DNA of 64,000 bases, taken from contig CAZUQP010000001.1 in NCBI GenBank assembly GCA_964622455.1, positions 17,472 to 81,471 on the forward strand, read 5' to 3'. The stretch's first letter is position 1. Each line of letters begins with the position of its first letter. The notes below the pieces were generated by a model. That model did not search any database and was not told where the DNA came from. It saw only the letters and a program-made list of their open reading frames with translations. Shown in pieces: positions 20,350 through 31,541 of the stretch. The position numbers and the translations under genes are program-made. Source of the stretch: an uncultured Coxiellaceae bacterium (GTDB taxonomy: Bacteria; Pseudomonadota; Gammaproteobacteria; DSM-16500).

Positions 20350-20766
20350 TTAGAGCGCCATCTCTTTCAACTTTCTGAGTGCTCTAATTTTAACTGCTCT
20401 GCGAGCAGGTTTAGCTTTGAACATGATTTCTTCGCCAGTAAAGGGATTTCTACCTTTTCGGGCAGGTGTCGCGGGTTTTTTGACGACGCTAATTTTCATG
20501 AGGCCGGGCATCACGAATTTGCCAGGACCGCGTGATTTAACATGTAGCTCAATCAATGTACCTATTCCATCAAGAACTGCATTAACATCTTTTTTGGGTA
20601 GAGCAGTCATATCCGTTAACGCTCTTAAAATACCGCTTTTGGTTAAAGGATCTTTGACGACTGGTATTGCCACCTTTTTAGATGCGGCCTTCATTGCTGT
20701 TTTTGCTGATTTCCTCTTTACAGATTTCCTTCTAGATTTGGCAGAAACTTTTTTAGCAGCCATTGT
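20350..20766 (-). CDS. HU-family DNA-binding protein with Lys/Ala/Ser-rich (histone H1-like) N-terminal extension
   Basis: From MAAKKVSAKSRRKSVKRKSAKTAMKAASKK (about 35 aa basic tail), then an HU fold ending ARKGRNPFTGEEIMFKAKPARRAVKIRALRKLKE. The start at 20766 is preferred over the ORF-track start at 20853. Confidence 0.75.
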   Translation of the reverse strand, partial: TMAAKKVSAKSRRKSVKRKSAKTAMKAASKKVAIPVVKDPLTKSGILRALTDMTALPKKDVNAVLDGIGTLIELHVKSRGPGKFVMPGLMKISVVKKPATPARKGRNPFTGEEIMFKAKPARRAVKIRALRKLKEMAL

Positions 20767-21051
20767 TGATTCCTCTTTAAAATAAGTCAAAATGATGCAA
20801 TGCCTACAATAACATATCTTGATAATTTTGCGAGTATTTTTGTAACAAAACACGAAAAATATAAGATAAGATCTGAAAAAGGATTCTAAACAGGCTAAAA
20901 TCTAACTCTTTTATAAAAGATAGTCTTTTTGTGCTTAAATACCCTCTAAAAATTAAGCCAAAATCGCGCGCTCCGCTTGCTTGTTATCGGGCATTGCTAT
21001 AAAATTCAACGTCTTTTTTATATTGTTTTGCTCCATTGGAGTAGGAGTCAG

Positions 21052-21483
21052 ATGAGAACTTATAACGCAAAAAATGAAACGACCAGTCATCAGTGGTATC
21101 TTATTGATGCATCAGGGAAAACACTTGGCAGACTTGCTAGCGAAGTCGCAAAGCGCTTGCGCGGCAAGCATAAGCCTATTTATACCTCTCACGTTGATAC
21201 AGGCGACTATATTGTGGTTATTAATGCGCGATCAGTGAAGGTCAGTGGTAATAAATCCAAAGATAAGATTTATTACAGCCATTCGGGTTATCCTGGCGGT
21301 ATCAAGGAAATAGCTTTTGATAAACTATTAGCAAAAAAACCAGAACGGATTATTGAAATTGCAGTAAAAGGCATGTTACCTAAAAATCCATTAGGCCGTG
21401 CTATGTACCGCAAATTAAAAGTGTATGCAGGTGCTGATCATCCTCATACAGCACAACAACCCCAGCAATTAGATTTGGAATAA
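21052..21483 (+). CDS. rplM: 50S ribosomal protein L13
   Basis: [30 protein letters not shown]..., with a GGAG RBS before the ATG at 21052. The upstream ORF-track extension is unlikely. Confidence 0.95.
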   Translation: MRTYNAKNETTSHQWYLIDASGKTLGRLASEVAKRLRGKHKPIYTSHVDTGDYIVVINARSVKVSGNKSKDKIYYSHSGYPGGIKEIAFDKLLAKKPERIIEIAVKGMLPKNPLGRAMYRKLKVYAGADHPHTAQQPQQLDLE

Positions 21484-21487
21484 ACTT

Positions 21488-21913
21488 ATGGCAGTAACAG
21501 AACGCTATTATGGTACCGGCCGTCGTAAAACATCGACTGCGCGCGTATACTTAACACCAGGCAAAGGCAGCATTACAGTGAATAATCAGGTGCTCGAAAA
21601 TTATTTTGGACGTAAAACATCACAAATGATTGTGCGTCAACCCCTTGAGGTGACGCAGCTATTAAATCAGTTTGATGTGGCGGTAAAAGTCAAGGGCGGC
21701 GGCATTAACGGTCAAGCAGGCGCTATCCGTCATGGTATTGCACGTGCACTGTTACAATTTGAACGTGAGAGCGGTGCCGATATCTATGCCGAAAACTCAG
21801 TGCGCAAATTGTTACGTACCGCCGGTTATTTAACGCGTGATGCACGCGAAGTAGAACGTAAGAAGGTCGGATTGAAGAAGGCTCGTAAAGATACGCAGTA
21901 TTCTAAACGTTAG
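21488..21913 (+). CDS. rpsI: 30S ribosomal protein S9
   Basis: 141 aa, [16 protein letters not shown]...[24 protein letters not shown]. Confidence 0.96.
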   Translation: MAVTERYYGTGRRKTSTARVYLTPGKGSITVNNQVLENYFGRKTSQMIVRQPLEVTQLLNQFDVAVKVKGGGINGQAGAIRHGIARALLQFERESGADIYAENSVRKLLRTAGYLTRDAREVERKKVGLKKARKDTQYSKR

Positions 21914-21968
21914 TCCATTTTTTTATTCAATCATGGAGTGTTCTTAGGAAAGTATTACAAAGTCCTGT

Positions 21969-22042
21969 TGGGGGATCGTCTAGCGGTAGGACAGCGGACT
22001 CTGACTCCGTTAACCTAGGTTCGAATCCTAGTCCCCCAGCCA
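21969..22042 (+). tRNA. tRNA-Gln (anticodon CUG)
   Basis: TGGGGGATCGTCTAGCGGTAGGACAGCGGACTCTGACTCCGTTAACCTAGGTTCGAATCCTAGTCCCCCAGCCA. It folds as a cloverleaf with anticodon loop CT-CTG-AC, T-loop GGTTCGAATCC and an encoded CCA. It closely parallels E. coli tRNA-Gln. Confidence 0.92.
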
Positions 22043-22078
22043 GTCGTCTAGAAGTGTTATTTTGAGAGGTATGCAGAA

Positions 22079-22726
22079 ATGGCAATTGTTGCCAATAAAC
22101 GATCGATCATGACGCTTTATTCAGGCGGGCTCGATATTATGAGTCATCGCGTGCGTATTGTATTAGCAGAAAAAGGCGTTTCAGTTGATGTAATTAATGT
22201 AGGCCCTAATGAAAAACCAGAAGATTTACACGAATTGAATCCATACGGAACTACGCCGATGTTAGTTGACCGCGAATTAGTTTTGTATGATGCAAACATC
22301 ATCATGGAATATCTAGATGAGCGTTTTCCACATCCGCCTTTAATGCCGGTTTATCCCGTCGCGCGCGCTAAAACACGTTTAATGATTTATCGTGTCGATC
22401 GGGAATGGAGCAGCTTGGTTCATAAAATTGAGCAAGGTAAATCTGCAGAGGTTCAGGCAGCAGGTAAGGAATTGCGGGGTTATTTGGTAAAACTCGCGCC
22501 TGTTTTTGCAAGTTCTGCTTTCTTTTTGAATGAAGAATTTTCATTGATTGACTGCTGTATTGCACCTATTTTGTGGCGATTGCCTTCATGGGGTATTACT
22601 TTACCGCCTGAAGCTAAAGCAGTTTATAAGTATGCTGAACGCATGTTTGCGCGTGATTCTTTTCAAGCTAGCTTAACGGAAGCCGAGCAAGATTTACGTA
22701 AAGCACCTTATACGGAAGCAGTTTAA
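22079..22726 (+). CDS. sspA: Stringent starvation protein A (GST-like)
   Basis: 215 aa, MTLYSG..SHRVRIVLAEKGV...LNPYGTTPMLVDREL, followed by sspB. Confidence 0.93.
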   Translation: MAIVANKRSIMTLYSGGLDIMSHRVRIVLAEKGVSVDVINVGPNEKPEDLHELNPYGTTPMLVDRELVLYDANIIMEYLDERFPHPPLMPVYPVARAKTRLMIYRVDREWSSLVHKIEQGKSAEVQAAGKELRGYLVKLAPVFASSAFFLNEEFSLIDCCIAPILWRLPSWGITLPPEAKAVYKYAERMFARDSFQASLTEAEQDLRKAPYTEAV

Positions 22727-22756
22727 TCTAAAATGTAGTATGGACGAGGTCTCTCC

Positions 22757-23164
22757 ATGTTATCTAATAAACCTTACTTGATTCGTGCCTTTTATGATTG
22801 GATTGTTGATAGTGCGTGCACACCATTCGTTTTAATTAATGCATTAATTCGTGGTTGTAAAGTCCCCGAAGAATTTATCGAAAATAATCAAATTACATTA
22901 AATGTTTCTCCAAATGCTGTTCGTGATTTTAAAATTACTAAAGATGTTCTTGAATTTAGGGCTTCTTTTTCGGGTGTAGTGCATATTATTTCTGTTCCTC
23001 TCAAATCTGTTCTGGCGATTTATGCGCAGGAAAATCAGCAGGGAATGTTTTTTGATTATGAAGATGATGAGACAGAGGAAGGGTGGTCAGACACTTCAAC
23101 AGGGCAGACAGCCGATACGCTTAAAACAGACAAAAAACGTTCTCACTTACGATTGGTTGAGTAG
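22757..23164 (+). CDS. sspB: ClpXP adaptor SspB
   Basis: KPYLIRAFYDWIVDSACTPFVLI..., an acidic linker and a C-terminal LRLVE ClpX-binding-like tail. Confidence 0.9.
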   Translation: MLSNKPYLIRAFYDWIVDSACTPFVLINALIRGCKVPEEFIENNQITLNVSPNAVRDFKITKDVLEFRASFSGVVHIISVPLKSVLAIYAQENQQGMFFDYEDDETEEGWSDTSTGQTADTLKTDKKRSHLRLVE

Positions 23165-23181
23165 CATCGGAAAAAAGTACC

Positions 23182-23769
23182 TTACGTTTTACTGATTGTG
23201 ATATATCCAAAAATGGTAACTACACTCTGTACTCCATCCGTCGTTCTCGCAAGGTCTGTGGCGATCTCCGCCTCTTCCTTTGGCAGAAGACCCATTAAAT
23301 AAACAACGCCATTTTCAGTAATGACTTTAATTTGGGCCGGGTCAACTCCATTGGTTGCAAGTAATTTTGATTTAATTTTCGTAGTAATCCATGAATCACT
23401 CACTTGTACCAAAGCAGAGGCTGGTGCTGAGACGGTAATTAAATTATGAACTTCATCAGCTTCTGAAATTTTTCTAACGATTTTTTCAATGTCTTCCTTT
23501 TGAGAAGCTTCTGGAACTTGTCCTGTCAGTAATACTACACCATTAAAACTTGAGACTGAAACTCGTGTGTTAGCAAAACGGGTGTTATCTAAATAAATTT
23601 CCCGCTCAGCTTTCATCGTTACGTAATGATCATTCAATGTAGTTTGAATACTTTGTCGATTATAAACAGCTTGCCCGCTTGTTATTGCCGCATTCATACA
23701 GCCTTGCAAAGAAAAAGAAACGAATGAAACCAATAAAAAAACAGCTATTTTTTTTCGAGTACTATCCAT
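23182..23769 (-). CDS. BON-domain lipoprotein (DolP/YraP-like), copy 2
   Basis: 195 aa with lipobox LQGC and two BON repeats (V.V..FNGVVLLTGQV / I.V.TENGVVYLMGL). Confidence 0.8.
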   Translation of the reverse strand: MDSTRKKIAVFLLVSFVSFSLQGCMNAAITSGQAVYNRQSIQTTLNDHYVTMKAEREIYLDNTRFANTRVSVSSFNGVVLLTGQVPEASQKEDIEKIVRKISEADEVHNLITVSAPASALVQVSDSWITTKIKSKLLATNGVDPAQIKVITENGVVYLMGLLPKEEAEIATDLARTTDGVQSVVTIFGYITISKT

Positions 23770-23795
23770 GTTAATTCAGTCCATTGTATTTGAAA

Positions 23796-25312
<1,517 letters not shown>

Positions 25313-25326
<14 letters not shown>

Positions 25327-26749
25327 CGCGCATTTCAGCCCATGCTAAACGTCGATAAATTTGTTGCTTAGGCGTTAACATTAATGCTCCTGTTGCTCCA
25401 TAAATAGGAAAATTAGGTAATTCGGTTAGGCGGGTTATCTGGCTGCTGAGTAGATAAGCATCGCGTCCCACTGCATATAAACGGTCAAAACGTGAGTCTG
25501 TTTTAGATCCGCTGCTTTTTGCCATTTGTAAAGTCCATGGAATATCGCAAAAAATAACGCCATTTAAATCAGAATCTTTTTCAGGTGCAGGCGTACCTGA
25601 ATAAATAATAGAAGTTGAAAAGACCGGCGTCTTTTCAACGTAATAATATTTTAATAAGGGCAGGATTTGACGCGCGCTCTCGGGCGGCGCTAATAAAAAT
25701 ATCACATCAAAATCATGTCTTCTTTGTTCTGATAATACTTGTTTATTATTTTCTTTTTTCATTGCAGTTGCATCTTTTTCAGGATCAACATGCAATAAAT
25801 TTGCAATACCTTGGTTTAAATCGGTTTCTTCATTAAAATAAAATGTGTCTACCATGCTGCCGCCTAATGCTTCCCAATTAGCAGTCAGTGTTTTTCCAAC
25901 ACGTGATCCCCATTCATTGTTAGGCGCAATGAGTAGTGCTCGTGTATGTCCTGTTTGGTGCGCTTTCTCGGCAAGTTGTTTTGTTTCATCTAGCGGAGAT
26001 AATCCAAATTCATAAAAGTTGGCGGGTAACGATCCAAACCATACGTCAGTATAATTTAATGCAACGGTTGGCACAGGAAAATTATTTAATGCGGCGAGTT
26101 GCTGCACCTGTTCTTTAGTGAGCGGGCCTATCACGGCATCTGCATGTTGTGCAATAGCTTGTTGATAAAGCGCTATCATGTCATTTGAGGTGCTGGTATC
26201 TAAAAATGAAATGGTTTGCTGTTCTTTAGCAGAACGCGTTTCGTAATAAGCATTTAAAAAACCATCACGGACAGCCTGTCCTGAATTACGGAGTGCGCCT
26301 TGTAAAGGCAGCAACAAAACAATATGTTTGGGCGGTGCTTTATTTTGTATGCTAGTTAATACGCTATTTTCTGGGAAAAGAGCATTTGCGGGATGATCTT
26401 TATTTGCTGCCCGCCATATGATCAATTGATTAATGAGTTCGGTGGTATTGGTGCTGTATTGTTTACTAATCACAGCGAGGGAAAGCCACCCAAGGGTATT
26501 AGGATTGGTTGTTTGTTGAATAGCGGTATTTAACTGGGGGAGGGATACATGTTGTAAATTCCCCCAAATAACAGGTGTGCTTCCTTGAAAAAATTCTGGA
26601 TTATTCGGAAATCCTTGTAAATTAACAGCATGATTCCCGGCAGCCAAATTGGCATTATTTGCGCCCAAAGCTCCATTTGTTTGGCATGCGGTTAATTGCA
26701 AGATGCTAAACACAATGAATAATGTGATAATAAAGCGGTTTTTGGCCAT
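25313..26749 (-). CDS. lpoA: Penicillin-binding protein activator LpoA-like lipoprotein (YraM)
   Basis: Signal/lipobox LQLTAC and a periplasmic-binding-protein-like C-domain, divergent from rsmI as in E. coli. The ATG at 26749 (MAKNRF...) is preferred over 26794. Confidence 0.75.
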
Positions 26750-26802
26750 TACGATGTAACCAACCTGTTTAAATGAATGCCGATAAGATACCATTTTAGC
26801 TT

Positions 26803-27654
26803 ATGAATATAAATCATTTTGGAACGCTCTATATCGTGGCGACGCCTATTGGCAACCTGCAGGATATGAGCCCGCGCGCCATTGATACCCTAAAATCAGT
26901 GGATCATATTGCAGCTGAAGATACCCGGCATAGTAGGCCATTATTACAGCATTTTTCCATTTCAACCCCTCTTTTTGCATTGCATGAACATAATGAACGG
27001 GATCGTACTGATTTATTGCTCACATGGCTTAAAGAAGGAAAATCGATTGCTCTCATCAGTGATGCGGGAACTCCCTTAATTAGTGATCCAGGGTATTTTT
27101 TGGTGCGAAGGGCGAGAGAATTCAATATTCGTGTAGTTCCCATACCAGGGCCTTCGGCGATGATTACTGCTTTAAGTGCAGCCGGTGTTGCAACCAACCG
27201 TTTTAGTTTTGAGGGGTTTTTAGCACCCAAAACAAAGGAACGTTTAAAGCAATTGGAGTTATTACGCAATGAAACACGGACCATGGTTTTTTACGAAGCG
27301 CCTCACCGTGTTTTAGATACTTTAGTGGATATGCAAACGATATGGGGAGACGAGCGTCTAGTTGTAGTCGGGCGCGAACTAACAAAATTATATGAAACTA
27401 TTTATTCTGCACCATTAAGAGATTTAATTGAATGGGTGAGACAAGATAAAAATCAGCAGCGTGGTGAAATTGTTTTGATAGTCGAAGGGGGTTCTGATGT
27501 TCCGCGATCTGCTGAGGTTATTTCAACTGAGAATTTGTTAAAAATATTATTAGAAGATTTGCCTTTAAAACAAGCGGTAGAATTGGCTGCAAAAATTTCC
27601 GGTAAAAGAAAAAATGAACTTTATCAAAAAGCATTGGAGTTAGCGGCGCGCTAA
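26803..27654 (+). CDS. rsmI: 16S rRNA (C1402-2'-O)-methyltransferase RsmI
   Basis: 283 aa, GTLYIVATPIGNLQDMSPRAI..L..VD.IAAEDTRHS, tetrapyrrole-methylase fold. Confidence 0.93.
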   Translation: MNINHFGTLYIVATPIGNLQDMSPRAIDTLKSVDHIAAEDTRHSRPLLQHFSISTPLFALHEHNERDRTDLLLTWLKEGKSIALISDAGTPLISDPGYFLVRRAREFNIRVVPIPGPSAMITALSAAGVATNRFSFEGFLAPKTKERLKQLELLRNETRTMVFYEAPHRVLDTLVDMQTIWGDERLVVVGRELTKLYETIYSAPLRDLIEWVRQDKNQQRGEIVLIVEGGSDVPRSAEVISTENLLKILLEDLPLKQAVELAAKISGKRKNELYQKALELAAR

Positions 27655-27689
27655 TTTGTCTATTATCCAAAAATAAGCTATCCTTCTGG

Positions 27690-28062
27690 GTGAGTTAGCC
27701 GAGACAGTCGCTGTTTTAATACAGAGGAAAGTCCGGGCTCCAAGGGCAAGATGCCAGGTAACCCCTGGGAAGCGTGAGTTTACGGAAAGTGCCACAGAAA
27801 ATAGACTACCAAATGGCAACATTTGGAAAAGGTGAAAAGGTGCGGTAAGAGCGCACCGCGTAACTGGTAACAGAAACGGCACGGCAAACCCCGTCTGGAG
27901 CAAGACCAAATAGGAGCTTATGCCTATGAGACACTGGTATATGTGTTTTTTAGGAAAGTGCGGCCCGCATTTTAAGCTCGGGTAGGTTGCTTGAGGTGCT
28001 TGGCGACAAACATCCTAGATAAATGACTGTCCACGACAGAACCCGGCTTATTGGCTGACTCA
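27690..28062 (+). ncRNA. rnpB: RNase P RNA, bacterial type A
   Basis: P1 GAGTTAGCC (27692-27700) pairs with GGCTGACTC (28053-28061). Universal cores are GAGGAAAGTCCGGGCTCC, AGGGTGAAAAGGTGCGGTAAGAGCGCACC-like and ACAGAACCCGGCTTA. Confidence 0.93.
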
Positions 28063-29886
28063 TCTTTTTCCCGATGGATGTGATTTATTTTCTGGTCTTA
28101 TTTCGTCATTGTCCGTGTCTGTATCAGAGTCAGAGGATGATGAAAATAATCTGGGTGATCGTGGAGTAACAAGATTTTCTTTTGTAGATGAATCGGTTTT
28201 TTCTTCTGCTTTCATCGTGTTTGTTAAGGTCTTTGATTTAACCGGCATATGTTCAAAATAATCTAAAAAGTTTTTTACATAGATTTCTCGAGGCATTGCC
28301 ATTGCGGCAATGTCCCAATTGATTTCTATTTTTTGATTGACTCCAAAAGGTTCGAGAAAAAAACCGTGTATGCCCAAAAGGGCGCGCATGAAATTTTCAG
28401 TGGTTGCAGCAGATCCTAATTGTAACGGCATACATGTTGCTAATAACGAAATGGTTTGCCCGAGCAGAAACCAGAATCGCGTCTCGTTGTAGGGTTCATT
28501 ATCTGTGAATTGATAATTTAATAATTCCCAAACAAGAGAGTCCAGTTCTTGAAAAATTAGATAAAACACATCTGCATCCGGATGGGTAAAAAGAAATCCA
28601 GGTTGATGTAAATAGGCTTCGGGTAGATCTCCTTTTTTTACGTTTATATTTTCCCATGAAGCAGAATAATCTGTTGTTGATAAGAAAAATGATTCTATGT
28701 TTCCTTCGCTGATGGCGGTGATTCGCCATGAATGAATGCAAGAAGTAGCGCTGAGATTAGTTGAATGATCGAATTTCTCTATTTCTGTTTTATATAACTC
28801 CATAAGAGCATCGAACTGCCAACCAAATCGAGGAGAGCTTTTGCATACAAAATCTCTTCCTCGATGAGTAGAATCTCTGGGTTTTCCATAGGTAAGCTGC
28901 GTGAATAACTTCATCTCGTTGTGATTGAGTTCTTCGGCTATTTCAAATCTTTTATTAGCAACGAGAGCGTAGAGTTTTTCGGCAATACCGCGTGAGGAGT
29001 TGCTTTTTTTAAGATGAAATTCGCGTACTTTTTTAAATTCTTCTATAAGAAGCGGAAGATTTTTCAACCAAAATTCAGCATATCTATCTTGTTTGTTAGG
29101 GTCAAATTGTGTAGCTAACGCTGCTTTAGGGGCAATAAGATCGATGCGATTCTGATCTTGGTTGGCGCGTTCTGTTGGTATATATTTTTTTTCTTCATCA
29201 TCCATTTTTTTCTTTGCGATTGCATTTTTTAATTCATCTTTGAGCATTTCCCATTCTTGTTCGCGTTTTTCAATAAACCACGCTTGATTAATCTCTGTTT
29301 CCTCAGGAAAAACTAGAGTGATTTTTTGTTTTTCACTATTGCTTAATTGATTAAAACGGATGTGTTGAGATGCCCATTCGTAGATGTCTTTTTGATGGCG
29401 TGGATATGCGCATAGTATTTTTTCCCCCGATGAGAATAGAAGTGATGTTGCTGCAGACGAATCCGGTTCTTTTTGTTTTTGAGCGTGATAATTTTTTTGC
29501 AGCGTATCAAACAACTTGAAATAAATAGTTTCATGATATTTTTGAGGGATCACTTTTTTCAGTTGTTCAATGGCATTTGCATCGTAGGTTAATTTAGAAA
29601 GAATGTTTTGATGTAGTATCGATGCGTATATTTTTTCATGATATTTTTGAGGAAAAATCTTTTTAAGTTGAGCGATGTTCCGGCTATCGTAAATTACACG
29701 GGCGAGAATTTTTTTATTATTTAATATATGATTAAATATTTTGGCGCGGTCTTCAGTATCGAAAGGCTCAATCAGTTTTGCAATATTTTCTATATTCCAT
29801 ATGTTGGCTAATTCTTGCTTCATATTAGTTGGCTCTTGCTTTGCTTTTTCCTCCTTCGTTTCTTGGATTTTTTTACGGAGATTCAT
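28060..29886 (-). CDS. Orphan 608-aa protein with 35-aa tandem repeat and Ser/Asp-rich acidic C-terminus; effector-like, function unknown
   Basis: Long ORF with no family recognised. The start at ATG 29886 has AAGGAG 10 nt upstream. The ORF-track start at 30096 would run through the mraZ promoter/operator. The C-terminus reads SSSSDSDTDTDNDEIRPENKSHPSGKR. Confidence 0.6.
   Translation of the reverse strand: MNLRKKIQETKEEKAKQEPTNMKQELANIWNIENIAKLIEPFDTEDRAKIFNHILNNKKILARVIYDSRNIAQLKKIFPQKYHEKIYASILHQNILSKLTYDANAIEQLKKVIPQKYHETIYFKLFDTLQKNYHAQKQKEPDSSAATSLLFSSGEKILCAYPRHQKDIYEWASQHIRFNQLSNSEKQKITLVFPEETEINQAWFIEKREQEWEMLKDELKNAIAKKKMDDEEKKYIPTERANQDQNRIDLIAPKAALATQFDPNKQDRYAEFWLKNLPLLIEEFKKVREFHLKKSNSSRGIAEKLYALVANKRFEIAEELNHNEMKLFTQLTYGKPRDSTHRGRDFVCKSSPRFGWQFDALMELYKTEIEKFDHSTNLSATSCIHSWRITAISEGNIESFFLSTTDYSASWENINVKKGDLPEAYLHQPGFLFTHPDADVFYLIFQELDSLVWELLNYQFTDNEPYNETRFWFLLGQTISLLATCMPLQLGSAATTENFMRALLGIHGFFLEPFGVNQKIEINWDIAAMAMPREIYVKNFLDYFEHMPVKSKTLTNTMKAEEKTDSSTKENLVTPRSPRLFSSSSDSDTDTDNDEIRPENKSHPSGKR
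29510..29720 (-). repeat. In-frame tandem duplication (105-nt period, two 35-aa units) inside the orphan gene
   Basis: The 18-mer TTCATGATATTTTTGAGG occurs at 29530-29547 and 29635-29652. The protein units are ILARVIYDSRNIAQLKKIFPQKYHEKIY and ILSKLTYDANAIEQLKKVIPQKYHETIY. Confidence 0.85.
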
Positions 29887-30023
29887 AGCGCCATTTCTCC
29901 TTTGTGCGATTTGTATACTACTATTGTATTGCAGTGATTTATTATTTGCCAGATAACAGCGGGTTTCGCTTTTGCTGTGTATGTTTCCGTGGCACATTAT
30001 TTTTGCTATTTTTACCACATATA

Positions 30024-30058
30024 GTGGTAAAAAGTGGTTTATTGTGGGAAATCGTGGT
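30024..30058 (+). promoter_or_regulatory. MraZ operator-like array: four GTGG(T/G) direct repeats at exact 10-bp phasing upstream of mraZ
   Basis: GTGGT 30024-30028, GTGGT 30034-30038, GTGGG 30044-30048, GTGGT 30054-30058. E. coli MraZ binds TGGGN direct repeats with 5-nt spacers in the dcw promoter. Confidence 0.7.
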
Positions 30059-30119
30059 ATATTAAGTGCATAGGGAAGAAAAATAGCTGATTCCAAGGCA
30101 GGTCAAAAAGGAGACTGAC

Positions 30120-30575
30120 GTGTTTAGAGGCGTCAACGGAATCAATATCGATGTGAAGGGTAGAATAGTTATTCCTACCCGCTATCGTGAGCGGCTACAA
30201 GAAAGCCGCAGCTGTGTCGTTTTGACTATTGATACTGAAGAAAAATGTTTGTTACTCTACCCATTCTCTGCTTGGGAAACCATCGAAAGTAAGTTAGCGG
30301 AACTTCCCAGTTTTAATTCTGAAGCGCGTCGTATCCAACGTTTATTAATCGGTCATGCCACAGAAGTGGAGTTGGATAGCCACGGCCGTATTCTTTTGCC
30401 TCCTTTGTTGCGTGAATATGCAGAATTAAGCAAGCACGCTATGTTAGTTGGGCAAGGGAAAAAATTTGAAATTTGGGATGAAGCACATTGGCAAAAACGT
30501 CGTAGTGATTGGTTGGATGAAGAATCTAAAGGTGATTCTTCACTTCCAGATGAAGTGAAAAAATTATCATTGTAA
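30120..30575 (+). CDS. mraZ: Division/cell wall cluster transcriptional regulator MraZ
   Basis: GTG start after AAAGGAG. It has two SpoVT-AbrB-like halves: MFRGVNGINIDVKGRIVIPTRYRE and LDSHGRILLPPLLREYA. Confidence 0.94.
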   Translation: MFRGVNGINIDVKGRIVIPTRYRERLQESRSCVVLTIDTEEKCLLLYPFSAWETIESKLAELPSFNSEARRIQRLLIGHATEVELDSHGRILLPPLLREYAELSKHAMLVGQGKKFEIWDEAHWQKRRSDWLDEESKGDSSLPDEVKKLSL

Positions 30576-30587
30576 TACGGAAAATAT

Positions 30588-31541
30588 ATGGTGGCGTGTC
30601 GAATGAAAGAAAAATTTACTCTGCATCAACCGGTGATGCTTGCTGAAGTTATCGAGCATTTGGCAATCAAACCCGATGGCGTTTATCTTGATGCAACGAT
30701 TGGCCGTGGTGGACATGCGCAAGCGATTTTGAATCAGCTTGGTCCAACGGGGCGCTTACTGGCAATGGACAAGGATCCTGAGGCAGTCGCTTACGCATGC
30801 CAACACTTTTTAGATGACAAACGTTTTATGATTCAACACGGAACGTTTGCAGAACTTGCAAAATTTGTTGCAAAACAAAACTTAGTTGGCAAAATAAGCG
30901 GAATTTTATTCGATCTAGGTGTCTCATCACCACAATTAGATAATCCAGAGCGTGGTTTTAGTTTTATGAAGAATGGCAAACTCGATATGCGCATGGATTT
31001 TTCAGAAGGAATGGATGCCGCGACGTGGATTGCTAAAGTCGATGAAAAAGAATTAGCTGATGTGTTGTGGATTTATGGTGAAGAACGTTTTTCACGCCGT
31101 ATTGCACGCGCGATTGTTGCAGCGCGTGAGATCACTCCCATTACCACAACGCTTCAGCTGGCAGAAATTATTAGAAAAGCAATGCCTGTTTGGCAAAAGG
31201 GAAAACATCCCGCTACACGAAGTTTTCAAGCGATTCGTATCAAGGTGAATCGCGAATTAGATGATTTGAAATTAGGTTTAGTGCAAGGCTTAGAAGTGTT
31301 AAGCAAAGGGGGACGTTTGTTAGTCATTAGTTTTCATTCGTTAGAAGATCGATTAGTTAAACAATTCATGCAACAGAGGGAGCGTGGTCCTGAAATTCCT
31401 GCTGGTCTGCCAATTAAGCACACCCATATTCCGCTCAATTTTAAACGCGTGGGCCGTGCTATCAAGCCGAGCATGCGAGAAATTGCAGAAAACCCAAGGG
31501 CACGCAGTGCTGTTTTACGCATAGGAGAAAAGCTATCATGA
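30588..31541 (+). CDS. rsmH: 16S rRNA (C1402-N4)-methyltransferase RsmH (MraW)
   Basis: HQPVMLAEV...GVYLDATIGRGGHA...LFDLGVSSPQLD...SFHSLEDR. Confidence 0.95.
   Translation: MVACRMKEKFTLHQPVMLAEVIEHLAIKPDGVYLDATIGRGGHAQAILNQLGPTGRLLAMDKDPEAVAYACQHFLDDKRFMIQHGTFAELAKFVAKQNLVGKISGILFDLGVSSPQLDNPERGFSFMKNGKLDMRMDFSEGMDAATWIAKVDEKELADVLWIYGEERFSRRIARAIVAAREITPITTTLQLAEIIRKAMPVWQKGKHPATRSFQAIRIKVNRELDDLKLGLVQGLEVLSKGGRLLVISFHSLEDRLVKQFMQQRERGPEIPAGLPIKHTHIPLNFKRVGRAIKPSMREIAENPRARSAVLRIGEKLS

Noticed and set aside
27640-27909. 89-aa ORF on the minus strand
   Set aside because: It is antisense to the structured RNase P RNA, and its protein has no RBS and no recognisable features.
29887-30096. N-terminal 70-aa extension of the orphan gene (ORF-track start at 30096)
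   Set aside because: The extension would read through the phased MraZ operator repeats and the dcw promoter region. An internal ATG at 29886 has a good AAGGAG RBS.
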